This document shows positions 24,601 to 32,000 of a stretch of DNA of 32,000 nucleotides, piece by piece. Made by a program: the position numbers and the translations under genes. The notes beneath the pieces were generated by a model. The model did not search any database and was not told the DNA's origin. It was given only the letters and a program-made list of their open reading frames with translations. Origin of the DNA: Candidatus Iainarchaeum sp. (GTDB taxonomy: Archaea; Iainarchaeota; Iainarchaeia; Iainarchaeales; 0-14-0-20-30-16); assembly GCA_028710695.1 (NCBI GenBank), contig JAQTTP010000001.1, positions 180,001 through 212,000 on the forward strand, read 5' to 3'. Each line of letters opens with the position of its first letter. Positions within the stretch are counted from its first letter, which is position 1.

Positions 24601-25341
24601 ATGAAGTTAATATTACCAGACTCCAAGGTGTTAAAACAAAGCTTAGATGCGATTGCGGAACTAATTACTGATGCTGAATTTGTTGTTAATGAATACGGTT
24701 TATCTTTAAAGGCTATTGACCCTAGCCAAATTGCTTTGGTGGTATACAACCTGCCAAGAGATTCTTTTGAAGATTTTAAAGTTACTGGCCAGAAGAAATT
24801 AGGGCTTAATATTCCAAGTTTACAGCAAATAATAAAGAGAGCTAAGCCAGAAGATAAAGTTATTTTAGAAGTTGGAACAAATAAGAGACTTAATGTTACT
24901 TTACAAGGAACCACAAAAAGATCCTTTTCTATAAATTTGTTAGATTTATCTAACTCTGAATTACCAAACCCAAGCATAAATTATGATGTTTTTATTAAAG
25001 TAAGAGCCCCTGTTTTGGCTGATGGTGTAAAGGATGCTGCTTTGTTTGCATCTTATTTGACACTAAAAGTAGACAGTGAGAATATTGTAATTTCTACAAC
25101 AAGCACAAAAGGTGAGTTGAACTCTGAAACAAGTTTGACTAGTGCAGATGTTTTGGATAAGGACATAAAAGGCGAGGCAAGATCAATTTATTCTATTGAC
25201 TTTTTGGAAAGTTTATTAAAAGGCGCAACAAATGAGACTGAATTAGAGATCTCTCTTAAGACAGATGCTCCTTTGAAATTAAAGTATAAAATCCAAGAAT
25301 CTACAATACAGTATTTCCTTGCTCCTAGAATCGAAGAGTGA
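24601..25341 (+). CDS. pcn: DNA polymerase sliding clamp PCNA
   Basis: It has MKLILPDSKVLKQSLDAIAELITDAEFVVNEYGLSLKAIDPSQIALVVYNL... and the canonical C-terminus YFLAPRIEE. A strong SD (GGAGG) lies 8 nt upstream. Confidence 0.9.
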   Translation: MKLILPDSKVLKQSLDAIAELITDAEFVVNEYGLSLKAIDPSQIALVVYNLPRDSFEDFKVTGQKKLGLNIPSLQQIIKRAKPEDKVILEVGTNKRLNVTLQGTTKRSFSINLLDLSNSELPNPSINYDVFIKVRAPVLADGVKDAALFASYLTLKVDSENIVISTTSTKGELNSETSLTSADVLDKDIKGEARSIYSIDFLESLLKGATNETELEISLKTDAPLKLKYKIQESTIQYFLAPRIEE

Positions 25342-25345
25342 GATA

Positions 25346-26038
25346 ATGATAATAAAAGACACAGAGAATTTCAAAAAAGCAATTGACCAATTGGCAACAA
25401 TTGTAGAGGAGGGAAACCTCCATATTTCTGTTTCTGGAATTAATGTAATTGCACTAGATAAAACTAATATTGTTTTTTTGAAAGTTCTATTTCCTGATTC
25501 TGTAATTGAGAATAGTTTAGAACCAATCGCAGTTGGTCTAAATTTTCAAGAGTTTAATAGAATAATTGCTAAAGTTGGAAATGATGAAAGTATAAATTTG
25601 ATAATACACGAGACCGAAATTGAACTAAAAACAGAAGGAAATTATTCGAGAAGCTATTTTTTACCAATAATTGAAGTTAAAGATCCAAGCATTGATTTTA
25701 AATTAGATAAATATCAGATTTCTATTTCTGAAAAAGGCCAAGTATTAAGAGATATATTTAGAAGTGCTACAACTGTTGCAACAACAGTAACTTTTAAAGC
25801 TGCAGAAAGATTAGATATTATTGCGGAAGGAATTCAAGGAAGATTTGTAACTAATATGACTACTGAAAAAGAAGTTAGTCCTTTTAGCGTAAGATATTCT
25901 ACTTTACAGCTTTACAATTTGATAAAAAACGCAGGCGATGAAATAACTGTAAAGCTTGGAAATAATTCTCCCTTGTATGGAAAATACAAGATAGGAGAAA
26001 TAAGTGTGGAGTTTATGCTTGCTCATATGCTAATATAA
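25346..26038 (+). CDS. Second, divergent PCNA paralog
   Basis: MIIKDTENFKKAIDQLATIVEEGNLHISVSGINVIALDKTNIVFLKVLFPDSV... is colinear with PCNA over its whole 230 aa. The C-terminus (FMLAHMLI) is non-canonical. The ATG at 25346 is 4 nt after the pcn stop. Confidence 0.75.
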   Translation: MIIKDTENFKKAIDQLATIVEEGNLHISVSGINVIALDKTNIVFLKVLFPDSVIENSLEPIAVGLNFQEFNRIIAKVGNDESINLIIHETEIELKTEGNYSRSYFLPIIEVKDPSIDFKLDKYQISISEKGQVLRDIFRSATTVATTVTFKAAERLDIIAEGIQGRFVTNMTTEKEVSPFSVRYSTLQLYNLIKNAGDEITVKLGNNSPLYGKYKIGEISVEFMLAHMLI

Positions 26039-26045
26039 TAAATAA

Positions 26046-26570
26046 TTATTTCAGAACTTTTCTTGCTAGTTTTGCTCTTTTTACTCTAAATATTTCTCTG
26101 CGTTCTTTTTCTTCTGCTCTCTTTACATTATCCTCACGAAACCCTACTCCTGGGCGGGCAGAAAGAGAAAAGTTTTGTCTTAGTTCGATTATTTCTGAAT
26201 GGGGAAATAAATACCGCATAGACATTTCTGCGCTATACATACAAATTTCTTTATAATGCCCAGCAACTAGAACTTTATTTGGTTTTATTTGGTGCTGTTC
26301 TAATAAGTCTCTTATTTTTGTAGTCCATCCTCCATTGCCAAGAATTTGAATTGGAACTGGGGCTCTGATTTTATCAATAATTTCTTTTGGTGCCTCAGAA
26401 CTACTATATCCAAAAAGAACAGGCAAGTTATGTCTGTTTGCAAATCTAATAAGAGCAAGCATTTTATTGTTGTGATTCTCTATTGCTTTTTTAGTTGCTT
26501 TGCTTGGCTCCTCTGCATTCCACCATCTTGCAGGAGAATGAACAATAAATATTATTGGCCCAGAGTACAT
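26046..26570 (-). CDS. Unrecognised family, paralog C (GPIIFIVHSP / AGHYKEIC); Rossmann-like alpha/beta pattern
   Basis: Its features are MYSGPIIFIVHSP..., ...VLVAGHYKEICMYSAEMSMRYLFPHSEIIELR... and the C-terminal tail PGVGFREDN...KRAKLARKVLK. It has two paralogs, at 26575 and 27853. Confidence 0.6.
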   Translation of the reverse strand: MYSGPIIFIVHSPARWWNAEEPSKATKKAIENHNNKMLALIRFANRHNLPVLFGYSSSEAPKEIIDKIRAPVPIQILGNGGWTTKIRDLLEQHQIKPNKVLVAGHYKEICMYSAEMSMRYLFPHSEIIELRQNFSLSARPGVGFREDNVKRAEEKERREIFRVKRAKLARKVLK

Positions 26571-26574
26571 ATAT

Positions 26575-27105
26575 TCACCTTAAAACCTCTCTTGTTAATG
26601 GTCTTCTTGAAACTCCTAATGAGTCCTTAGTTCTTCGTTCTTTTTCTAAAGTTTCTTTACACATTATTCCACGGCCAACCATGTGGTGTACAGTATAATT
26701 TCCGTTTAGTTCTATTATTCTTGTGTGTGGGAATAATTGTCTTAAATCTTCCTCAACATTTTTTACGCACCATTCCCTATAATGCCCCCCAACAATAAAT
26801 TTAGTAGGGGTTATATTGTGCTCTTCAAATTTTCGTTTTATTTCTTCCTTCCAGAGGTATGCAGATAAAGATAAATCAACAGGAATTGCGTCTTTAACTA
26901 AATCTCTGAACCATGGAACTTTTTGAATTCCATAACCATAAACTAATAGAATTTTTCTTTTTTTTGCAAGAGCGATTAATTTTAAAATTAGTTTACTGTG
27001 TGAGAGCTTTGCTGTTCTTTCGGATTCTGTATTTCGCCAAAGATCATCATTGTCTGCAACAAGCGGGGAATGTACTATGAAGATTACTGGGCCAGTATAA
27101 GCCAT
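26575..27105 (-). CDS. Unrecognised family, paralog B (GPVIFIVHSP / GGHYREWC)
   Basis: Its features are MAYTGPVIFIVHSP..., ...FIVGGHYREWCVKNVEEDLRQLFPHTRIIEL... and the tail ...RRPLTREVLR. It lies 4 nt upstream of paralog C and 1 nt downstream of the HExxH gene. Confidence 0.6.
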   Translation of the reverse strand: MAYTGPVIFIVHSPLVADNDDLWRNTESERTAKLSHSKLILKLIALAKKRKILLVYGYGIQKVPWFRDLVKDAIPVDLSLSAYLWKEEIKRKFEEHNITPTKFIVGGHYREWCVKNVEEDLRQLFPHTRIIELNGNYTVHHMVGRGIMCKETLEKERRTKDSLGVSRRPLTREVLR

Positions 27106-27106
27106 G

Positions 27107-27799
27107 CTATCTCCTTCTAAGGTGTGGAAGGAATGGCGTGCCTTCTGCCCTCTTTACTGGTATTTCAATGAAGTTTCTTGGCCTCTCTTCTCTTGGTGCA
27201 GTTTGGCGTCTTGGAACTGGCAGTTCTCTTTCTACTGTTCTTCTTCCTTCTATTACTGCCCTTGCAAACGGGTATCCACCGTAATTTGCCTGTCTTCTGA
27301 TTATGTGGCTTTGTATGTGGCGCTTTGGAATACTTGTTCTATTTGCAATTCTTACTGCTAATAAGTCAGCAAATAGCTCGTCAGCCATATGGTATGGCAA
27401 TCCAATTCTTTTAGTATATCTGTATGCTGTTGTTGGTAATACTATATGTGAATATTCGTGTAATAAGGTCATAACTCCAGCAGGGTTTAAGTTGTTTCCT
27501 TTAAATAAGTGCTCAGATGGAACTCTAATTGCGGATTCAAGGTGTGGAACTCTCATTCCATTTGATTCTTCTATGAAAGATCTTTTTACATTTTCTCCAA
27601 ATGTAACTCCAGATTCATTAGCAGAAAGATAGTGCCCTTCTCTGAAATGTATTGGAAGCAGAACAACATTCCTCAAGACGTGACCAAGCATAAGCCTTAT
27701 GTGTGGGTTTGCTTCGCGATCGTACATTTTTCTTAGAGAAGTGGCAAGCCTTACTCTAAAAACATTAAAATTCGTAATCTGTTGAGAAGTTAATACCAT
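27107..27799 (-). CDS. Putative zinc metallopeptidase-like protein (HExxH)
   Basis: LLHEYSHIV contains HEYSH, encoded at 27446-27460; I verified this by reverse-complementing the DNA. A downstream acidic helix (ADELFADLL) could supply the third ligand. The C-terminal tail is Arg-rich. No confident family assignment. Confidence 0.45.
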   Translation of the reverse strand: MVLTSQQITNFNVFRVRLATSLRKMYDREANPHIRLMLGHVLRNVVLLPIHFREGHYLSANESGVTFGENVKRSFIEESNGMRVPHLESAIRVPSEHLFKGNNLNPAGVMTLLHEYSHIVLPTTAYRYTKRIGLPYHMADELFADLLAVRIANRTSIPKRHIQSHIIRRQANYGGYPFARAVIEGRRTVERELPVPRRQTAPREERPRNFIEIPVKRAEGTPFLPHLRRR

Positions 27800-27852
27800 G
27801 TAGATAAAAGGAAAAGAAGGTATTTATTTTTTGCTATTTTATGTGTGCAAAA

Positions 27853-28437
27853 TTATTTTAATATTTTTCTTGCTAGAACTGCTCTTCTTATTCCTAATTT
27901 TTGTCTTTCTTCCGTATGCTTTTTTTTCAAATCACAAAAATGGCGGTTAGTTTCAACTTTAGAATAAGAAGAATGCCCCCTGAGCTCAACAATTTGTGAT
28001 TTTGGAAATAACTTCCTTAATATTTTTTGAACTCTTTCCATGCAAATTTCTCTATACCATCCGCCCATAATTATCTTTGATGGCCTTATTTCGTGTTGTT
28101 CAATTGCGGATAAAATATTTCTTTCCCATTCTACGTTCAAATGATTCTCAGGATTAGGCGAAAAGTCCAATGCATACTTCATTTCTTGGAGCTCTGTAAT
28201 TATTGGTTTGTTGCAAGAACCGATAAGTGTTTTATGTCTTTGTCCATCTCGAAATTCCCATCTTGAGAATTGATAATAATCTCCAACCCCGAAGATAACT
28301 GGAATATTGTATTTATTTGCAAATTCAACAAGTCGAAACATTCTTTTTTCGTGTTCTAATTCTCCTCTTGTGACTGTTCTAGAAGTGGGGGGTAATGGAG
28401 AATGAACAATAAAGATAACCGGGCCAGTATAGACCAT
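27853..28437 (-). CDS. Unrecognised family, paralog A (GPVIFIVHSP / GGWYREIC)
   Basis: Its features are MVYTGPVIFIVHSP..., ...IIMGGWYREICMERVQKILRKLFPKSQIVELR... and the tail VETNRH...RRAVLARKILK. It lies 10 nt downstream of 28448..29482. Confidence 0.6.
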   Translation of the reverse strand: MVYTGPVIFIVHSPLPPTSRTVTRGELEHEKRMFRLVEFANKYNIPVIFGVGDYYQFSRWEFRDGQRHKTLIGSCNKPIITELQEMKYALDFSPNPENHLNVEWERNILSAIEQHEIRPSKIIMGGWYREICMERVQKILRKLFPKSQIVELRGHSSYSKVETNRHFCDLKKKHTEERQKLGIRRAVLARKILK

Positions 28438-28447
28438 ATCATTCTCC

Positions 28448-29482
28448 TTACTTTACATATGCAAATACCTGTACTATTTCTCCCCTATACAAATATCCTG
28501 AAATTGTAAATCGTGTTGGGATTTCTGGATTTAGATCATAAGGTACAATAACATCAACATTTTGGTCGTAAGTGTATGTTTGACTATTATAATCAATAGA
28601 ATTTACAAATATTTTTCCAGATTTTGTTGCTTTGAAGCTATTATAATCTTGTAAGAATAACCCTACTTTATCATTAGCTTCTGTTGTTGTGATTTTTGTA
28701 TAATTTATATTGTTGTCTGGAATTATTTCATAATTATAGTCTGAAAAATAAGTTTTTACTAAATCTTCTGAAACATTTACATCTGGTGCGTAAATATTTG
28801 TTTCTAGGCTTAGATCCAAGATGTCTACATCTTTTTCATTTGAAAATAAAATTGGCTGCGCGCTGAAGTTGTATACTTCATAAGCAAATATTTGTATTGG
28901 GATGCCTTTTTGTAACATTACTTCAAATCTTGCTGTTATACTGTCATTTTCTAGTGTGCTTGTCTCGGTAATTATTTTTAATTCAGTATATCCCAAGTCA
29001 TAATCTAAAGTTTTATTTGAATCTTTTGCAACCATATGTATTGGATTTGTAAAAGACAGAATTTGTGTTGGGTAAAGCTGATAAGTTTCAAAAGTGTTGT
29101 TTAATGATTCTATAAAATTCATGTCATATTCTTTTTCTTTTAATTTTATATTTGCAACATAAGCAATCTTGCTGTTTTCAGTGTTATAGTTGCTAGAAAT
29201 AATGTATTTTACTAAGCTTAAATCTCTTATGCTATTGTCTAATTTTGTTATATCAAGTTCGTTTGTGTCTGCAATTATTAGTATTTCGTCAGATCTTTCT
29301 TTTATAATTCCGTTTAGATCCGCATAATATGCCTCTTTTATGTCTGGCTCTTTATAATCAACCGTGGGTAAAGCATCGCTGTCCTCTTTGTCTCCCCAAC
29401 CAATAAAAGAAACACCAATTACTGATGCAAGCATAATAACAATAACAAAAATACTCAAAATCTGTGCAGTAGTTACTTTCAT
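28448..29482 (-). CDS. Membrane-anchored extracytoplasmic protein of unknown function
   Basis: An N-terminal TM anchor (ILSIFVIVIMLASVIGVSFIGW) is followed by about 310 aa of Asn/Tyr/Ile/Asp-rich, probably beta-rich sequence. It is the first gene of the cluster. Confidence 0.55.
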   Translation of the reverse strand: MKVTTAQILSIFVIVIMLASVIGVSFIGWGDKEDSDALPTVDYKEPDIKEAYYADLNGIIKERSDEILIIADTNELDITKLDNSIRDLSLVKYIISSNYNTENSKIAYVANIKLKEKEYDMNFIESLNNTFETYQLYPTQILSFTNPIHMVAKDSNKTLDYDLGYTELKIITETSTLENDSITARFEVMLQKGIPIQIFAYEVYNFSAQPILFSNEKDVDILDLSLETNIYAPDVNVSEDLVKTYFSDYNYEIIPDNNINYTKITTTEANDKVGLFLQDYNSFKATKSGKIFVNSIDYNSQTYTYDQNVDVIVPYDLNPEIPTRFTISGYLYRGEIVQVFAYVK

Positions 29483-29579
29483 AATAAAATCACCAAATTA
29501 GCCTTATTTAATCTATAATTGTGAAATGTATTTAAAGCTTAACTCGCTTTTTTATATGATTTTTATGCAGTTAAAGAAT

Positions 29580-30134
29580 ATGAATATTATAATTTGTGGG
29601 CTGGTTGCAACAGGAAAGTCTTCTTTAGCAAGAAAAATTGCAAAAGACTTCAAAATGGATTATATTTCAAGTTCTACTATTTTGAAAGGGGATATGGGCT
29701 TTAATTATGTAAAGGAGAAGGCATTTTGGGACAAAAAAGGGCTTTCTTTGTTTAAGGATAGAGAAAAAAAAGATTTTGACAAGAAAGTGGACAAATTACA
29801 GTTAGGGCTTGCAAAAGAAGGTGGAAAGGTATTTGATACTTGGGCATTGGGCTGGCTTTACAAAGGAAAGGCAATAAAGGTTCTTCTTTTTGCATCTGAT
29901 TCAGTGCGTATTAGTAGGTTAATGGGTAGAGATAAAATAACTAAAGCGGAAGCATTAAAGGCAATGAAGGAAAGAGATACAAAGAATGAAAAGTTATTTA
30001 GGCGGCTGTATGGAATTGAGGTAACAAAGGATCGGAGCCCGTTTGATCTTATTGTGAACACAGATTATTTGACCGAAGAAGAAGTACATAAAATGTTGAA
30101 GACTTATTTGTCTAAAGCTTTGAAAACATTGTGA
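29580..30134 (+). CDS. cmk: Archaeal-type cytidylate kinase / P-loop NMP kinase
   Basis: It has MNIIICGLVATGKSSLARKIAKDF (P-loop). ...KVLLFASDSVRISRLMGRDKITKAEALKAMKERDTKNEKLFRRLYGIEVTKDRSPFDLIVNTDYL matches the archaeal Cmk layout. I chose the ATG at 29580; the track start at 29526 would add a non-conserved leader. Confidence 0.65.
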   Translation: MNIIICGLVATGKSSLARKIAKDFKMDYISSSTILKGDMGFNYVKEKAFWDKKGLSLFKDREKKDFDKKVDKLQLGLAKEGGKVFDTWALGWLYKGKAIKVLLFASDSVRISRLMGRDKITKAEALKAMKERDTKNEKLFRRLYGIEVTKDRSPFDLIVNTDYLTEEEVHKMLKTYLSKALKTL

Positions 30135-30772
30135 TGTTTATGGCGTATTTTGTAAAGTCTTTTGAAAAAGATTTTGTTTTGAAAACAATAAAAGACAAAA
30201 AGAAAGTTGATTTCCAAACTGTAGATAATGTTTTGACCACTAAAGCCCTGTTGCCAAATACTTTGAGCTTTGGAAAGACAAAAAGATTGGCTTGTAGTTA
30301 TATTGATAAAAATTACCTGAAAACTTATAGGTCACAAGGATTGATATTTGAAACAAAACAAAAACCAGACCAAGTTTATCCATTTGATCTTGTGGTTCTA
30401 ACTAATGCAAATAAATTAGTTGTGCAATATTATAGAATTGAAAATAATTTGCATGAATATTATGGGCACGAATTGCTGTCCGGATTTGAAAAGTTTATGT
30501 TTGGAGACCCACAAACAATGATTAAAAAAATAATTTCTCCAAAGAATGCTTTAGAACTAGTAAATGCTTTTAGAAAAAAGCATGGATTTAAGCTCTTAAG
30601 TAAAGCACAATTTAAGCTTGTAGAATATAATGAAATGATTTTTAATAAGCCAATAAACATAAAGCCAGTTGCAATATGTGGGTATACAAAATTATCAAAA
30701 GAAATTGCAAAGAAATATTCCTTGCCGCATTTTAGAAATGTAAAAGAGTTTTATAATAAAACTAGCAAGTAG
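30134..30772 (+). CDS. Hypothetical protein
   Basis: This is a 212-aa ORF. Its ATG overlaps the cmk stop (TGATG), which suggests translational coupling. No recognised domain. Confidence 0.45.
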   Translation: MFMAYFVKSFEKDFVLKTIKDKKKVDFQTVDNVLTTKALLPNTLSFGKTKRLACSYIDKNYLKTYRSQGLIFETKQKPDQVYPFDLVVLTNANKLVVQYYRIENNLHEYYGHELLSGFEKFMFGDPQTMIKKIISPKNALELVNAFRKKHGFKLLSKAQFKLVEYNEMIFNKPINIKPVAICGYTKLSKEIAKKYSLPHFRNVKEFYNKTSK

Positions 30773-30823
30773 GGCAAGAATAAATTGGGCTTATAGGGTC
30801 AGGACAGCGTTAGTTAAGTCGCT

Positions 30824-32000
30824 TTAGCTGATCAATTCCTTGGTTACACCAATAATACTTGTTCCTCTTGTGTTCTTGGTTATTCCTAGAACATAGTCAC
30901 AAAGCTTGATTGTTTCTGTATTGTGAGAAATAATTAGAATCTGTGTGGTCTTTGAAAGCTCTTTGATTAGTTTTACTACTTTGTCTGTGTTTTGATAATC
31001 TAATGCGGCATCTATTTCATCAAGTAAATAAAAGCTTGCCGGTTTGTGCTGTAAAATTGCTAATATAAACGCAATTGATACAAGGGCTTTTTCTCCACCC
31101 GATAGGCTTTGTAAATTTTTCTTTGATTTTTTGCTTGAGATTGTGATTTTTACTCCAGCTAAATCTAGATCTTTGTCAGTTAAAACTAAATCTCCAGTTC
31201 CAAGTCCAAGTTCAGAAACGTTTTTTATAAAAATTTCTTTTATTGAGTTGAAATTAGACATAAATGTGGTAGTTTTTTCTAGAATTATTTTATCTAATAG
31301 TTCAGAAACTTTTGATTTTTCTTCTTCTAGCTTTTTGATTTTTTCCTCAATTTCTGAAACTTCTTTTAATAAATTATTGTAATCTTCAATTGCTTTGTGG
31401 TTTACTGGGCCCAGGGTGTTGATTTGCTCTTCTGCCGTATTTAATTCTGCTTTTAAAAGGTGTAATGCTTTGCTTGCTTCTTTTGTGTGGGCCTCAATAA
31501 TGAATCCTTTGTTATTTCTTACAAAGCTTTCAATTTCTTCTTCATGTTCTTTTAGTAATTGTGTTTTTGACTTTGTCTCAGATTCTCCAATTTCAATGTG
31601 ATTTTTGTTTATTATTATATTGCTCTTTAATTCTGCTATTTTTTTGTTATTAGTCTGAATTAATTCTTCTAAACTTTGCTTTTTTTGTTTTATTTTTTCA
31701 TGCCTTGCTTTTTCAGAATTTAAGCTTGCCTTTTCTTCGACTAACTCTGAATTTAGAGAATTAATTTTCTCTTTTATTTTTAATTCTTCTTTGTTTTTTT
31801 CCTCAATTTGTTTTTCTATTTTTTTAATTTCTTTTTTATGAACATCAATTAGTTCTGTTTTGTATTTTATTTCTTCTTTTATTTTTTCGATTTCAATTTT
31901 CTTATTATTTATTTCTTCTTGCATTTTTTGTTGTTGTTTTACTGTGTTCAATTCTTTTTTTACTTTTTCAATTTCTGTAAGTATATTTTTTCTTTTATTT
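30824..32000 (-). CDS. smc: Chromosome segregation protein SMC, C-terminal part (5' end beyond the right window edge)
   Basis: A long Lys/Glu coiled-coil is followed by the ABC signature LSGGEKALVSIAF, Walker B FYLLDEIDAALD and the D-loop/H-loop region ILIISHN. I checked that the frame stays open from 31951 to 32000; the track start is an internal TTG. Confidence 0.9.
   Translation of the reverse strand, partial: NKRKNILTEIEKVKKELNTVKQQQKMQEEINNKKIEIEKIKEEIKYKTELIDVHKKEIKKIEKQIEEKNKEELKIKEKINSLNSELVEEKASLNSEKARHEKIKQKKQSLEELIQTNNKKIAELKSNIIINKNHIEIGESETKSKTQLLKEHEEEIESFVRNNKGFIIEAHTKEASKALHLLKAELNTAEEQINTLGPVNHKAIEDYNNLLKEVSEIEEKIKKLEEEKSKVSELLDKIILEKTTTFMSNFNSIKEIFIKNVSELGLGTGDLVLTDKDLDLAGVKITISSKKSKKNLQSLSGGEKALVSIAFILAILQHKPASFYLLDEIDAALDYQNTDKVVKLIKELSKTTQILIISHNTETIKLCDYVLGITKNTRGTSIIGVTKELIS

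Noticed and set aside
26046-28437. PIP-box (Qxx[LIM]xx[FY][FY]) in the conserved C-terminal tails, prompted by the adjacent PCNA genes
   Set aside because: The tails end in L-x-R-K-[IV]-L-K-type basic sequences with no Gln or aromatic pair, so they do not fit the PIP consensus.
1-32000. CRISPR arrays, transposases, integrases, prophage or rRNA genes
   Set aside because: I saw no regularly spaced direct repeats, no recombinase or transposase-like ORFs, and no rRNA-like GC-rich structured stretches. The only repeats are the gene paralogies described above.

Overview
AT-rich, densely packed archaeal chromosomal segment of about 42 genes. The gene content suggests a small-genome, DPANN-like archaeon; that lineage call is inference. 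Archaeal housekeeping genes are clear: membrane LonB protease, an SPFH/stomatin protein, primase large subunit PriL, NAC, exosome Csl4 followed by RNAP subunit L, an ER-type signal peptidase, two tandem PCNA genes, archaeal-type cytidylate kinase, and the C-terminal part of SMC. There is one tRNA-Gly(CCC) interrupted by a 150-nt intron with a textbook bulge-helix-bulge motif. The accessory content is unusual. (1) Four LivK-like substrate-binding proteins have no ABC permease or ATPase nearby, and each is divergently paired with a regulator (two TrmB-like, two covalently duplicated Lrp/AsnC). (2) An H-domain-only [FeFe]-hydrogenase-like gene is present. (3) A divergent RelA/SpoT-like nucleotidyltransferase sits behind a lipoprotein gene. 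(4) A HEAT-repeat/nucleotidyltransferase fusion is present. (5) The best candidate for an undescribed system is a five-gene minus-strand cluster at 26046-29482. It holds three paralogs of an unrecognised family (N-terminus M-x-Y-[TS]-G-P-[VI]-I-F-I-V-H-S-P, GGHYxExC motif, basic C-terminal tail), an HExxH protein and a membrane-anchored protein. The tail motif of this family also occurs at the C-terminus of the HEAT-NTase protein. I saw no CRISPR array, transposase, integrase or rRNA.
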